From Lophium mytilinum (lineage: Eukaryota), in assembly GCA_010093605.1 (NCBI GenBank), contig MU004186.1:1654616-1718615 (forward strand): a DNA stretch of 64,000 nucleotides, in the 5' to 3' direction. Below, piece after piece: positions 33,291-46,041 of the stretch (its first letter is position 1; each line of letters begins with the position of its first letter). The notes beneath the pieces were generated by a model. The model saw nothing but the letters and a program-made list of their open reading frames with translations. It ran no database searches and was not told the DNA's origin. Both the position numbers and the translations under genes were made by a program.

Positions 33291-35909
33291 TTAAACCTCG
33301 CCAGCTTGCACTCGCTGCTCTCTCAACTCCACATCCATCTGGTGATCCTCGTCATCCTCCACAGTCTGCGTTTCCTCAACGCCCTCCATAGCATCCAGAT
33401 CCGGTTCCACATCCAACTCAAGAGCCTCCACGTTCTTAGACAGCAGTCCGTCGGTCTTGAGAAACCCGATATCAGCCCTCGCCATGAATCCCAGCTCCTC
33501 ATCATTTTCATGGTCCTCTTTCGCAGATTGCTCCAGAGCCAGAATAGTTTCTTGCAAGCTCCCACCACAGTTCTTCCACAAGACTGAGGCGCATCGGCGA
33601 CAGAGCTTCAGGCCACAGCCCCGAATAGTACACTGCTCACCGCTGTCGTCCAACATGAGCGAGTCCTGATCAGCCACACACTCAAATTCTGCAAGATCGT
33701 TGACGCAAAGTGAGCAGAACTTGTCTTGGATGACCTTCGAGAGCGCCGAGCCAGGCTGCGCCATCTCCAGCTGCTCCGCCACGTTTTCGATGTCCTCGGG
33801 GACCATGTTCGGGATGCGCTGGAATTCGTGGTTGTCGCATATGATGATTTGGTACCGGCCGATGGTGCAGTTGAAGCACATGTTGCTGTGGGCGCAGCCT
33901 TCCGCCAGGTGTCCGCCAGCCAGCTCTGTGTATCCGAGGCCGTTGTCCCAGTTGATACAATAAACATCCGTCTCACCGAGTCCGAGGATACCGTATACGT
34001 TCTCGTCGCACCAAGTGCACGGCCTAGCCGAGTCTCCATCGACATATGGAGATGTGTTGAAAGTAATTGGGTGGGTGTAGGAGGTGACGATGTTGCAAGT
34101 ATATCCGCAGTTTCCTGCGGTATCCGAGGTGCGTTCCGCTACATTAGTCGCCTTTCGAGGCGCTATCTCTTGCTCATCTTCCTCATCTAGATCCTCGTAT
34201 TCTGCTGCGTCGCACAGAACCTTGTATTCACGAAGCCAATTGACGGGCTTTGGGGCTGGTCTAGCCTGGTTGGCCAATCCTGCTTGCTGCTCAGCTTTTG
34301 CCTTTCCCTTTGCTTTGCTCTGCGGTTTCCGCTTCGGCTCCACCACTCGAGGAGCTGGGTGGCGGTCGGGTGTCGATTCATCCTCCACCAAGTACGTTTC
34401 GGTTCCCACAGTGAGATCCTCTCCGGTCGTATTCTTGGCTGACTTAGCCGACTTAGCCAACTTGATTGGCTTGGATGTCTTTGTCGGCCTGATGTCCAGG
34501 AAAGTGCACGCCAGGTGTTCCTTTTTGCACTTATTGCACGGAGGCTTGTCGTCCTTGTCCTTCAGAGAACATCTCCTACGCTCCTGTCGACAAATGGTGC
34601 ACGCCACGTACTTCCTTGGCGCAGCAGGGGCGTCTGCGTCGGGGTAGTCGTCAGAACGTCCATACTCATTCATATACAGTCGCTGATGCTCTCTGGTGTA
34701 GTCTGGGCCGGCTACACAGTCGTTAAGATCGTAACCGATACAGTGGTCGCACCGTGATCCTGCGGATTCTCCATCTTCATACTCCACTTGGAAAGCGAAG
34801 GAACAGTCGATCCCGATTTCTTGGCAATGCTGGCAGCTCTCCTTGTGTTTCGGAGGGACAATCAGCTCGCATGGCTGATCGAATTCGGAACAACCTTCAC
34901 AGGGCCAAGTGAAGCCGTGGTGCTTCAGCGAACAATCATCCCCATTCTCTCGGCAGAGCTTGCATCCTCGTGCGTCAGGATGTCCAAAAAGATCTTCCTC
35001 TTCATTGCGTGGGTCCAGAACCGGTGCGCGAATGGCTTCGCGCTTCCGGAGTTTGCGAGGGACGCCAAGATCAAGATCTTCTTCCTCCGACACATCTTTC
35101 TCATGGTAGAAGTCAGGATCATCTCTTGGCCAGTTGTCAAACGGACAGACTTCTTTCAGGTCTTTCAAAAGCTCGAAGGCGGGCCAGGAAGTGAACTTGA
35201 ACGTTGCCACATGACTGGCACCGCATCGTTGCCCTTGCTGCCAAGTCGGAAGCTTGGACTTCCTGATACGTTCGCCGTCACCGCCGTCATCCGAATCAGT
35301 ATGAGATTGTCCTGTCACTGAAGAGGGTTTCTTCTTCCTTGGCAAGGGGGCCTTGCGTCGCTCCTGAGCGGGATCATAGTTACCACTTTCATCCTGATCG
35401 ACCCAGGTCATCGGGACCTCGGTTAGCCTGGCTCCAGGGCGCAGTTCGTACAGCTTAGACTGTGTGTTTCCGCGTTTCCACTCCTCGGGGGAGGGAATGT
35501 CAGAGGAAGAACTACCGGTTGAAGTGGCTCTCTGAAAGCCACGCGGCGTCTCGAATACGTTTCCATTATCCTCCATAGGGGTATCAACCTCATCTTCGTC
35601 GGGATCATGGCCTACAGGGAGGCCAACAGCACCAGAATCCTCCTTGGGATTGATAGGGATGTTGCCATCGTCGAATCGCTGTGAGTCGTTGGCCTCGAAG
35701 TCCATCATATCGAGCTCGGGCATCCTCTCGAAATGCAGAGACATGTCAGCATCCTCGTCATCGTCATCAGGGAAGACGCCGCCGGCGAATCGGTTCTGAG
35801 ATTGGGGACCATCCCCGAAGAGTGTTCCGGTATGAGCCGCGGTCTCCTCGTTGGGAAAGGCATCGAAGCTCCAGGATGGGCCGATAGTCGAGACAGCTGT
35901 CATAGCCAT
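33291..35909 (-). CDS. Protein with three tandem Zn(II)2Cys6-like clusters and a C-terminal Cys-rich domain (872 aa)
   Basis: GCKLCRENGDDCS..PCEGCSEFDQPC; SCQHCQEIGIDCS..RCDHC.....C; ACTICRQERRRCS..PPCNKCKKEHLAC; further CxxC pairs towards the C-terminus. Confidence 0.85.
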   Translation of the reverse strand: MAMTAVSTIGPSWSFDAFPNEETAAHTGTLFGDGPQSQNRFAGGVFPDDDDEDADMSLHFERMPELDMMDFEANDSQRFDDGNIPINPKEDSGAVGLPVGHDPDEDEVDTPMEDNGNVFETPRGFQRATSTGSSSSDIPSPEEWKRGNTQSKLYELRPGARLTEVPMTWVDQDESGNYDPAQERRKAPLPRKKKPSSVTGQSHTDSDDGGDGERIRKSKLPTWQQGQRCGASHVATFKFTSWPAFELLKDLKEVCPFDNWPRDDPDFYHEKDVSEEEDLDLGVPRKLRKREAIRAPVLDPRNEEEDLFGHPDARGCKLCRENGDDCSLKHHGFTWPCEGCSEFDQPCELIVPPKHKESCQHCQEIGIDCSFAFQVEYEDGESAGSRCDHCIGYDLNDCVAGPDYTREHQRLYMNEYGRSDDYPDADAPAAPRKYVACTICRQERRRCSLKDKDDKPPCNKCKKEHLACTFLDIRPTKTSKPIKLAKSAKSAKNTTGEDLTVGTETYLVEDESTPDRHPAPRVVEPKRKPQSKAKGKAKAEQQAGLANQARPAPKPVNWLREYKVLCDAAEYEDLDEEDEQEIAPRKATNVAERTSDTAGNCGYTCNIVTSYTHPITFNTSPYVDGDSARPCTWCDENVYGILGLGETDVYCINWDNGLGYTELAGGHLAEGCAHSNMCFNCTIGRYQIIICDNHEFQRIPNMVPEDIENVAEQLEMAQPGSALSKVIQDKFCSLCVNDLAEFECVADQDSLMLDDSGEQCTIRGCGLKLCRRCASVLWKNCGGSLQETILALEQSAKEDHENDEELGFMARADIGFLKTDGLLSKNVEALELDVEPDLDAMEGVEETQTVEDDEDHQMDVELREQRVQAGEV

Positions 35910-37711
35910 GGTTGGTGATAGGCAAAAGAGCTATTGAGTGCAGGATAGATGTACCACTCCACGGGCTTAGACGTGACGGAGCGAGGATCGGTATGAATGG
36001 GTGAGGTCATCCGAGGACGGTTGCTCAATACCGACGGAGCATGCACGAGCTAGTGCGGAAGAGTTATTAGACTCCAGAAGAGCAAGCGAGACCGCAAGGA
36101 GTGCCGGGAAATTGGAGTGAGAGCCAGTGCTTGAGAACACACGGAGAACGCGGAGGGAAGCCTAGGGGGCGCACCGGTGGATGATGGCACGCGAGATATG
36201 AAGTGAAAGGAGTGAAAGAGGCCTGGTGGGATCAAAGAGGACTCAGATGGGAGGACACTTGGTGTCAAAGGTTGGGTGAGAGGTGGGTGTGAAGAGGAAC
36301 TTCGGTACGTCGGTCGTGTGGGATAGGTACAGAAGGAGTGGCGCTCCAATATTGGCCTGGCAGAGATGATGCCACAAGCACTCTTAGGGACCTCGCGTGT
36401 AATCCACGTAGTTGAATTGGTCTCGGCTTGAGCTTTCGTACTAGCCGTATGTTCCGGAAGAAGTCTCGAATGTCACCTAGGCGGTTTTGTTCCGCAGGTG
36501 TATGATGTTGGATGCACGTCGGTAGAGATGATGGTCGACGACACAGCTGAGGTGTTTGACAATGATGGGGCGTTGACACCGCTGCGATGTTGATACCTTC
36601 GGTGAATGTATCACAGTCTTTGAGGACCAGGGGGAACTTGATCCAGAGCGGATGTTAGCTTGATGAGGCTACCAATATATCAGATGCAGGATGGTCTCCT
36701 CGTGTTTGCTGAGCCTGTCTCTGCTTTCTGTCTCCGTAGACTTTTACTCCTTCTTCTCCCACGTGCGACAACTACCGGTCTCCACATTACTACTTGCAAT
36801 CGCGGAACCAGAGGAAGCATACATAATGCGGAGCGCGCTAATTCCGTCATTGTTTTGATTTTGCATGGGCTCCACATGCTTACAATACCAGGTTGTGACA
36901 CTATCACATGCATGCTGTGACGTAGACTCTTAGCCTCCAATCGAAAAGAGCGACAGGAAGAGAAAGAAACATGGTAGCCGGACTCATTTGATACTGGAAA
37001 TGCGTGTTTGTGCGTAACAAAACATATATGCAAGAGCTGTGGATCTTTATAGAAATTACAACAGCATTGCCTGGTGTGAAGAACCGAAAATGTAGCAGCT
37101 CCTGGTACTTTCTCCCAACTTTTTAAGGAGCAAAGCTGGTGAAGAAAGCTCAGAGCCCTTCATTGCTTTTACCGCCCACCTGCGCCAAAGAGCGAGACTG
37201 GATCACATCGCGGTATACGTCGCTGGCAACATGCGTGCCGACCAGTCACATTCGTGTTATCGTGATCGTAATCCATGGCAACGATGGAACAGATTAGCTC
37301 GAGGCTAGCAAGGTGCCCTGCGCTGATGACCAACAGCGTCGTGGGCTGGCTGATCACTGTAGAAGCTGGTGTTGAGGAGAGGTTGACGTTGGGGTCGGAA
37401 GAAACTCTCGACCCTACACGAAAAGGGGAACGCGGCGTCGCTAACCCAATCCGACTGGACCACCAATCGTACGTTTCAACGACCATCAAAACACTTGTAG
37501 TACTTGCATCATTCTTCATATTAGTATAACTACGTATATACATATGCTGTTTATATCATCAACATCTCCCCAGCCCTAATGAGCCCATTAGCTAGTAAAT
37601 CTCATACACTTATAAGCTGGCATAAAGCCTGATATCATAATCCATAACCTTCCTTCCAACCCAAACGCCAAAAAGACAAAATTTTCCAGGAGAAACCACT
37701 GCCATCCAGCC

Positions 37712-39063
37712 TCACACAGCCATGACCATCGCCGCGACCACAACGCCCAGCCCCGCCACTACTCTCGCAGCGGCACCTTCACTCGCAGACGGCGCCGCCG
37801 GAATCGACGTCTGCGTCGAAGTCTGCGTCGAGGTTTGTGTCGTGAGCGTGCTGCTCAGTTCGCTCCGCACGCTTGTCGCAGCAGCATTGACTGAGCTGGC
37901 TTCGCTAGCTAAAGATCTGGTAACGGAATTCGCCTCGCTGGCAAGAGAGCTAGCGACCGAGCTTGCTTCGCTGGCTAGCGAACTCGTGACAGAGGCAGCG
38001 ATTGAACTTGCTTCGGAGGCTAGGGAAGCTGTGACGGAAGATGCTTCACTAGCGAGCGATTTGGTGATAGATGCGATGACTGAGGAAGCGGAGGCTGCGC
38101 GGGAGGAGGCTACTGAAGCGGCAGAAGAGGCCTTGGAAGAGGCCTCGGAAGCAAGGGAAGAGGCGATAGAAGAGGCAGCCTGGGTAGCGCTAGAGGCTTC
38201 TGATGCGAGGGAAGATGCGATGCTGGATGCGGCGGATGTGATATGTGTGGCTTCACTCGCGAGGGATGAGGCGACGGAGGAGGCGACAGAGCTTAGGACT
38301 GAAGATGGAGTGGGAGGGATGTACACCGGAATGGTCGGGATGAGAGAGGAGGGGAAGGTTGCGAGCGCAGAGCTAAGAATGGAGAGGACGGGGTAGGTTG
38401 GTTCGGGAACCGAAGCAACGGAGGCAGACGGTGTGGGAACCGACGCAGCGGAGGCAGACGGTGTGGGAACGGAAAGCGTGGCGACGGTTGTTGCGGGGAC
38501 TGATGGTGCGGAGGCTGAGTGCGTGGAGGCGGAAGGCGAGGGAGTCGGTGGGACGTAAACCGGTACGGTTGGGATCAAAGAGCTTGGGAACGTGTGAAGA
38601 GCTGAGCTGAGAACTGAGTAGGCGTCGACGGTCTTCGATGACGAGGGCGCGGGGACGGGGACCACTACGGCGCTGGATGCAGGTGCTGAGGCAGATGTTG
38701 GGCCGATGGGAATCACAACTGGGATGGCGGTTGTATAGAGTACGACTCCTAGGATTCTCATTAGTATGAATGTCCTTTCAGAAAAATAACTAAGTACATA
38801 CCAGAAGGGACGGTTGATAAGTAGGCATACGCGCTACTTTGGATAGAATTGAGTGCAGATTCTGCGCTTGAAAGGTATCCTGATACGACTTGAGGAGGAG
38901 GAACCACGGTGAGAGGAGCTGTGGCTGTAGTTTGGCTTGGCCAGTACGGCAATGTTATGGATGTGATGTAGCCGTTGATCGTAATGGGAATGACCTCTCC
39001 TCCAGAGGACTGAGCAAGCGCAACAGCTGGCAATGTTGCCAAGCTATATAAAGAGCGGCGCAT
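37712..39063 (-). CDS. Secreted Ser/Ala/Thr-rich, probably GPI-anchored cell-wall protein; intron 38749-38801
   Basis: Signal MRRSLYSLATLPAVALA; repeats (A)SSLASEASS and twice SALxTFPSSLIPTxPVYxPPTPS; C-terminal EGAAARVVAGLGVVVAAMVMAV. Confidence 0.88.
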
Positions 39064-40489
39064 TGTGATTTGAAGATGTGATCGCGATGCTTAAGCGAAT
39101 GGTAGACGACAGTAACACAACGACACGATGGGATGATTTTTTTGTGGAATGGAAGATGGTAGTAGGACGAAAAGAGAAGTAGAGGAATGCTAGAAGATGG
39201 CTATTCATAAGGGCCGACAGCGAAATTGTGGTGGTTGACATCAATTGAGATGGCTGACACCAGCCTCCCTGTCCGTGCACCGACCAGGTTTTCGTACCCA
39301 CAGAAACTTGATTACACTGGGTAGTGTAACAGCATCGCATGCCCGAATCCGCCATACAGATCTTAAAAAGCTTGCTTCCATCGCAGATTCATCGCATCAT
39401 TGTTGACTAGCATCATCATGCTATGTTGTGGTCGTTGTTGATTTGGACGCGGAAAAGGAGACCTCGGCGCAAGCGAGACACCAGCCACCCGAAAAGTGGC
39501 ACATCCAGCCCTGGCACATCCAGCCACCACTCGACAACGCCTGGAAATCAAGCTTTTGTTGATCAATAGAACCAGCTTTCCAAGTGCAGTTTCAGATCTT
39601 GTGCAGGGTTCCCAAGGCTACAGGGTCCCTGCCACGTGGTGTTAAGCCGGGACAGAGTCACGTGATAGCCACGCGCATGGACATCTCAAGCCTTTCCCAG
39701 CGTGCCAGCATGTACCCATCACTCCTCCGTCAAAACGCGAAATCGTCTGAAACAACCCTATTTCTTTTCTTAGTCAACCTCTGTATCAACATCAAGTAAT
39801 CCTTCAAATATGGCAAATCCCCCTCCTCAACTATCAGCACAGTCCTTCAGGCCCACCCCTCGACTACTCGCCTCAGCTGTAGCAACAGGTCCAGCAGTAG
39901 AAACCGCCAAAGCAATAAGACCAGCGTACATCCCCATCCATATCGATTTCCGTGCTGTGGAGCAAGATTACGATGAGTTCTGCAACCAGGTCAGATTCCA
40001 AATCGTACGTGCACTCACCCCCGTCCACTAAGCCCATTGTTAGAACCAAAAGCTTCTTGAAGAAACACTCGGACGGCCGGCTATTATTCTACACAAGTAT
40101 ACGCTTCTGCTTCAAAGTGGAATCTTCCGCTTAGATTCAAGGACGGTTATGGTGGGTGCGGTAGTATTGCACAAGACGGATGATCTAGAAAGCTCTATCG
40201 AAGGCGAGTCCGGTAAGAAGGATTTGGTATGGGGAGAGGTTGGGACAGTGCATTTTCTTCCGGGTAGCTCATCCATCACTTCTGTTGGGACAGGGTCGGT
40301 AGTGTGCTTTATTGTTTTCTATGGTAATGAACCATGAGTACCTCTCTACTACGTCTACTGGCGTGCCTCTTGCTTTGAATCACGTGTCTACAACAAAAGC
40401 AGCGCCTAAATACGGTGTGCAATGCTCAATTCTCAAGCAAGGTATTAAACCAACATGAAGGGCTACGCTAAAAGGAAAGATCGCGACGT

Positions 40490-40697
40490 CAAACGAGACA
40501 CTCAGTGCGGTTTCAAGCTCTTGTCTCGCGCGTCGTTGCCCTTCGTCATCCCCTACATGCATTGTGAGGGCTGGATTCTCGATGTAGAGATGCCCATGAT
40601 CGAGGTAGAAACTAGTTGGAAAGAAGTTCTAGAGAGTAAACGTCATCTAGAATCCCTAGGCATGGCTTGGGGTTTAACAAAAAACCTTAGGAGCTGA
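40490..40697 (+). pseudogene. Relic of ALG5-like dolichyl-phosphate beta-glucosyltransferase (C-terminal part, internally deleted)
   Basis: RDTQCGFKLLSRASLPFVIPYMHCEGWILDVEM..IEV...WKEV..SK....SLGMAWGL matches the recalled ALG5/GT2 motif series. No N-terminal GT2 domain. Confidence 0.8.
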
Positions 40698-40840
40698 CTT
40701 AGTTTTTGAGCGACATATAATCAGCCACAAGCTGAGGGGAAGTAGAACGTACTAGTATTTCAGAGTCCCATATATACTCAAAACACTAAAGTCAATCTTC
40801 ATTTTCTGTTGTCTAGCGCATGTCGGATTTCTCTGCTTCA

Positions 40841-42190
40841 TCAGAGCATACTATGAGAGTCATGCCATCCATCGCTCGGAAGAGCGCTCCCGTAGATTGG
40901 CTCCATGTAACTAGTAAACATAGTGCCATACATGAGGTCTGGGACTGGGTACCAAGCCATCTCCGATTCCATTCCATTTGGCTTCAGCTGCAAATCGTTT
41001 TCGATATTGATTGCGGCTGCCGATGTGCTCTCCTCGGTAGATTGGGGTAGGAGGTCGATTGGGCTTCGCTCGGTCAAGGATCCTGTGGGGCTTGGCCCCC
41101 TCGTCTGGGTGGATAGCAGGCTAGTGGAGTCGTCTGATGAGCTGCTAGTGGCATTAGGGAAGAAAGCTTCCATAGTAATGTCGATTCTTTCTTCTGTCTT
41201 CCTTTTCGCTTCGGGTGAAAGCAAGTCCCAGTGTTTGCCTTGCATGAGCGATGCGACGACTTGCAAAGTCACTGTCTTCGGTATCACAGGCCATGACTGG
41301 ATGACATTATCGACGCATGTCTGGATACGTGATGTATCCCCACATAGGCCCGCTTCGAAGAGCTGATTTGCATAGTAAGGTATGCGCGGACGATGATGAC
41401 GATCACCGTATCTACTAATTTCAGGAAGGGATCCCCGAAGATTCAAAGGATGGTGAACTCACAGTGATTCAGGCACATCTTGGTCGGCCCGAAGACGAAC
41501 TAGGTTCCGCAAGTCTCCCAGAAAGATACCCCAGCAGTAGTAGCTCAATCCATGCTCGGCCATTCGCTCGTTGCGCTTCCTCGCTTTGACGGGGTCGTCT
41601 GGGGGTTTCTGTACTTCGAGCAATCGAGTGTACCCTCCGCGTAGCCATCCTGTGCCGCTATGGAAGCCTCCAAGCACTATGTTGAGGTAGAAGACGAGGC
41701 ACTCGAATCGTTCGAGGATGCGATCACGCACTCGTCGACTCTCCCGTTTGAGAGACCTTCGATAAGCCTCTGCAAAGTCGTACTGGCTTAGTAAATGCTC
41801 TGTAGCCTTGAAGAACGAAGCTGGTTCTTCCAGGTGGTTCAAGCTGACTAGGTCTTCAACTGTGATGTTCGTACACAGCACAAACAAGTCCTCTCGTTTT
41901 TCCCATGCTGAAGTCTTCGAGTCGTTGGCCTGACGAGAGGGCATCTCCAAGGCTTTGCAGCGTTTGCCGCGTAAGGACTCAACCTCCTTGCGCCGTCGTC
42001 GGCCCTTCCCACCATAAGGCCCCCTTACAAGCTGTGTCCATTCTTTCTTGAATTCTGTACGGTTTTCCTGCTCAAGTGAGCGAAGCCATGATTGGTAGGC
42101 TGTGCCGCCGTGAGTCTTGCTTAATTCGAGAAGCGCTGAGGCGTGTAAATTGATCACATTCAAGATATCTACGCTCTCGTCGGCTGCCAT
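40841..42190 (-). CDS. Hypothetical protein, two exons (intron ~41412-41464)
   Basis: 275-aa and 201-aa ORFs are joined by a GTGAGT...TAG intron. Start MAADES (42190) or upstream ATG 42286. Confidence 0.7.
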
Positions 42191-42742
42191 TGAGAAGCGA
42201 CGCGTGATTTGATATAGAGATACAAAATGGTGATAGAGTGGATGTGAAGAAGTGGAGAGAGCCAAGAAATTGGGAGAGAACGACATTTATCCCAAGGTCT
42301 TGGCGCGGTTCAATGGCGGCACGCCTGTGGTACGCTAGTCTAGCTGGGTCCTGTAGTACATCATAAGAAGTCGGAAAAGAGCAGTTTTAACGAGATTAAA
42401 AGCCTTGCGGGCTACCTCAGACGGTGTCAGACTGTCCTCTTACACAGTATATTTAGAAAGTTCCGCTCGAACGTCACGCTAATCATCCCTTCGCAGTATT
42501 GACGCACTCTAGTAGGGGTTGTACCCAGCATCAACGACTCCTGGAGACAATCTGAGAGGATATTGAATATCCCTGCACTCCATTAAAGGTAGATGGGGGA
42601 GGGCACAAGTTGTGTATAAAGGCAACTCCTTAGCCAAACATGATATCCTCTTCTAATTCTCATACTATCAATTGAAGTTCAGCCCGCGTCCTCTTCCTTA
42701 CATATTTCCATATTGATCAAAGCCCCTCAGTGAAACCAAAGA

Positions 42743-44080
42743 ATGTCGCTCATCACCCCCTTCAAGATCTCCGTCCCAGAATCCAAAATCACTCGCCTCC
42801 AGCAACTCCTGGCCCTCACGGTCTTCCCCGCCGAACCTGCGAACATAGAGCCATGGACTCGCGGGCCACCCCTCGCCGATATCAGACGTCTCGCCCACGT
42901 CTGGCAACACTCCTTCAACTGGCGAGACATCGAAGCCGAACTGAACGAACTGCCTCAGTACATGGCGCAGATTGAGATCGATGGCCACGGCTTGAACGAA
43001 GTACACTTCATCCATCAACCAAGCGCTGTCGAAAATGCGATTCCGCTCCTGTTTGTCCACGGTTGGCCGGGCAGTTTCCTCGAGGTGACTAAGATTCTGC
43101 CGGAGTTGGTGAAAGGCGGGGACGACTATCCTGCATTCAATGTCGTGGCACCAAGTCTGATTGATTTTGGGTTTTCAAGTGCGAGTAAGAAGGTAATTGC
43201 AGATGCTCGATGGTACACTTCGAGGGCTGACGAGACGCTAGAGTGGTTTTAATGTCGACCAGCATGCCGAAGCGTGTCATAAGCTCATGCAAGCTCTGGG
43301 ATATCATGAATACGGTACGTTCCAGCTCTTCAGTAAGGAGAATGATGGTCTGATAAGCTTCTAGTCGTACAAGGCGGCGATCTCGGTTCTGCTGTCGCAC
43401 GAATCCTAGCTTCAACCTACGGTCCAACCTCCTGCAAAGCCCACCTTATCAACAATGCCGCACCAGCGGAGCCCACAGCTGAAAGCCACCCGGCCCTTCA
43501 TGCCGAAGTCCAAGCTACACCATTGACCGACGGAGAGTTGGCAGGTCTCCAGCGAACACAGGAATTTAGCGAAAACGGCAATGCTTTCTACCGTCTACAG
43601 TCTACAAGGCCAATGACTGTCGCCTACAGCCTTGCTTCTAGTCCCGTAGGCCTACTTGCATGGATTTACGAAAAGCTCCATGACTGGGCTGACGACTATC
43701 CATGGACAGATACGGAGGTACTCACTTGGGTGAGTGTCTATTACTTCTCTCGTGCAGGCCCTTCAGCCAGTCTGAACATTTACTACGAGAACGAGCATCG
43801 ACATCCGAAGAAGCCTCTCTTCGCTGAGATGCAAGTCGAGATTCCCGATGTTCCGCTTGGTGTCGCTCGCTTCCCCAAGGACCTCATCCTCCTCCCAAAG
43901 CTCTGGCACCATACCATGGGCCCGGTTGTGTATGAGAACGAGCACACCTGCGGTGGCCATTTCCCAGCTTGGGAGTGCCCGAGTGCCATTGTGGGGGATT
44001 TGCGGGCTATGTTTGGGAAGCATGGTGGTGCGTACCGCTGTACAGGCGCCGCAGATGGATACGGGGTTGCCGACCTTTGA
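42743..44080 (+). CDS. Epoxide hydrolase (microsomal type, EHN + alpha/beta hydrolase)
   Basis: PFKISVP, FNWR..EAELN, HGWPGSFLE, VVAPSL..FGFS, QGGDLG nucleophile, SPVGLLAWIYEK and GGHFPAWECP. Confidence 0.95.
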
Positions 44081-44347
44081 CAATGAGTCATTGAAGGGTT
44101 CGATGTAGATGGGAACTAGATATCTTCACACCTCTGGTCAGCATGAAGTTGTCAAACAAGATGAGAGATAATTGATAAAAGATATCTTTCGAATCAGACA
44201 GCAGTTGGAACAATTAGTAGTCAACAAAGGAATTCAGATCAGGTCTGTGAATAATTGGTTTATCATCATGTAAGAAGGGCAGGCAGTAGAAAAATTGCAA
44301 AACTTACACAATAGCTTTATGTGGTAGCCGGTACTATAATGGTCTCG

Positions 44348-45330
44348 TTAGCTAATTCTTCGTCGTTTGAAGAATGTGTCCAAAGTCTTTTGCCCAGCGT
44401 CGTACTTCGCGCTGCCTACACCACCGCCTGTGCGCTTGAAACCTTGAAGATGGCTCTTGCCATTAACAGTCTCGATGACTGTAGTCCACTCGTGAAGGAT
44501 TCTTGTGGTCGCGACTCTTGGAGGAATCTCTTCCGGGAGCTCGTCAGTCTTCGCGAGGCCGACCTCAAGACTCGTAGAGGAGTCATCCTTAACCTCATTC
44601 TGCGGAGGCGGACTCGGTTGCTTTTGTAAGGACAGCTCCAGATACCCAGTATTGGACCAGCCACCTAGGTGTTCGAGCTGAAAACTCCGAGAAGTCTCTA
44701 ATACTTGCACACTGGGCGTGACACTTTTGGGTGGCAATCGAGCAAGAAGCCGGCGCCATAATACGGAAAGTATGATGCCATGAGAGACTATTGCGACCGA
44801 GCGTTTGTCGTCTAGAGGCCGATCGTCGAGCAAAGGGATCAGATGTTCATCGAGGAACGCATCCATCCGCTCTGCCATTGATTCTTTGGTCTCCATATCC
44901 ACGAAACCAGGCGTGTTGACGTTCTCGTCTCGATGTGCTTCTTTCCCAGACTTGGCGCCGCCCGGCGGCTTCTGATACCACTTCTTTCCCTCGAAGAATC
45001 CGAAGTCTTGCTCCATGAGTAACGGCAGCCGCTTCACTTGTAGACGTTCGTCATTTGTCGAGACCGTAGAGGCCTGGGCTTCGAGGATGAGCTCGGCGGT
45101 TCGAAATGCTCTTTGCAGATGGGAGGAGAAGACATGACTAAAGCGATGGCCAGTGACGTTTAGGTGTCGGCCGAGGCGTGTAGCTTGCTGGAAGCCATGG
45201 TTCGTCAGCTCGGAGTCCCTACTCCCAGCACTGTATTGTTAGCTTTGGAGATTTGCTGCATAGGGTATCCATACTAAAGCTGAGCGACATTGTCCACCGT
45301 TTCGCCATGGCGAATGAGAAAGAGCCTCAT
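44348..45330 (-). CDS. Histidine phosphatase / phosphoglycerate mutase family protein
   Basis: MRLFLIRHGETVDN, LTNHG..QA..LG, FSSHLQRA..TA, LMEQDFG and VSHG; one intron at ~45232-45276. Confidence 0.92.
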
Positions 45331-46041
45331 CCTGGCAAGTAGCTGTGGCTTGCCGCTCTCATGAACGTTTGACTTGCACGCATTGTTTGGAGATGGTGTT
45401 GAGTTGGAGAAGAGAAGTTTCGGTGTGCGAGTTAGCGCTAAGATCAGAGATTAGATATTTTGACGTCACGCGCTAGGTTCGCCAATCACGTAGAACCTTG
45501 CAGCAGACTCCTTTCCTCAAGTACGATCCAGTTGACACTTACCGTTGATTGTGGTGTTTCAAAGAACTCTCAGATATCCGAGGCAGGGCAGCACTTTTAT
45601 TTTAACCATCGCTGAGCTCACTACGCCACTTCAACCAGTGGTAAACAGTGCAAACATTGCCCTATTCTAGCGCTTACATCTCGCCCTATTCATCACGCAA
45701 GGACATTATCCTAAAACCCGTATGATTTGGTCAGGTGCCCTTCGCCATCGCTAGTATTCCTAACCAAGCCAAGATGTTCAGTCCACAAATATGACTTATC
45801 CTCCAATACTTCCCTAAGAGTGTCCCCCCATGTAGGATCCTATAGACCAGTAATATAGCTGGTCAGCATTAGCGTCTGCTAGAGGAAGGCTTTTTATATA
45901 AGAGATGCATGGCCTGGTAAATTCGTAGAACTCAAAGTACTCGTTCATACCTTCGCCCTAGAAGCCTCAGCTTTCCACCAATCTCTACCTTCCTGAAACT
46001 CTGAACTTCCCCCCGTCTGCTCAGCTTGCTCTTCGTATTCG

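Noticed and set aside
37169..37543. 124-aa minus-strand ORF downstream of the cell-wall gene
   Set aside because: No recognisable motifs or supported splice structure; cannot support a gene call.
37722..38396. Glu/Ala-rich 224-aa plus-strand ORF resembling a coiled-coil protein
   Set aside because: Antisense shadow of the Ser/Ala-rich GPI protein, which has the signal peptide, intron and anchor.
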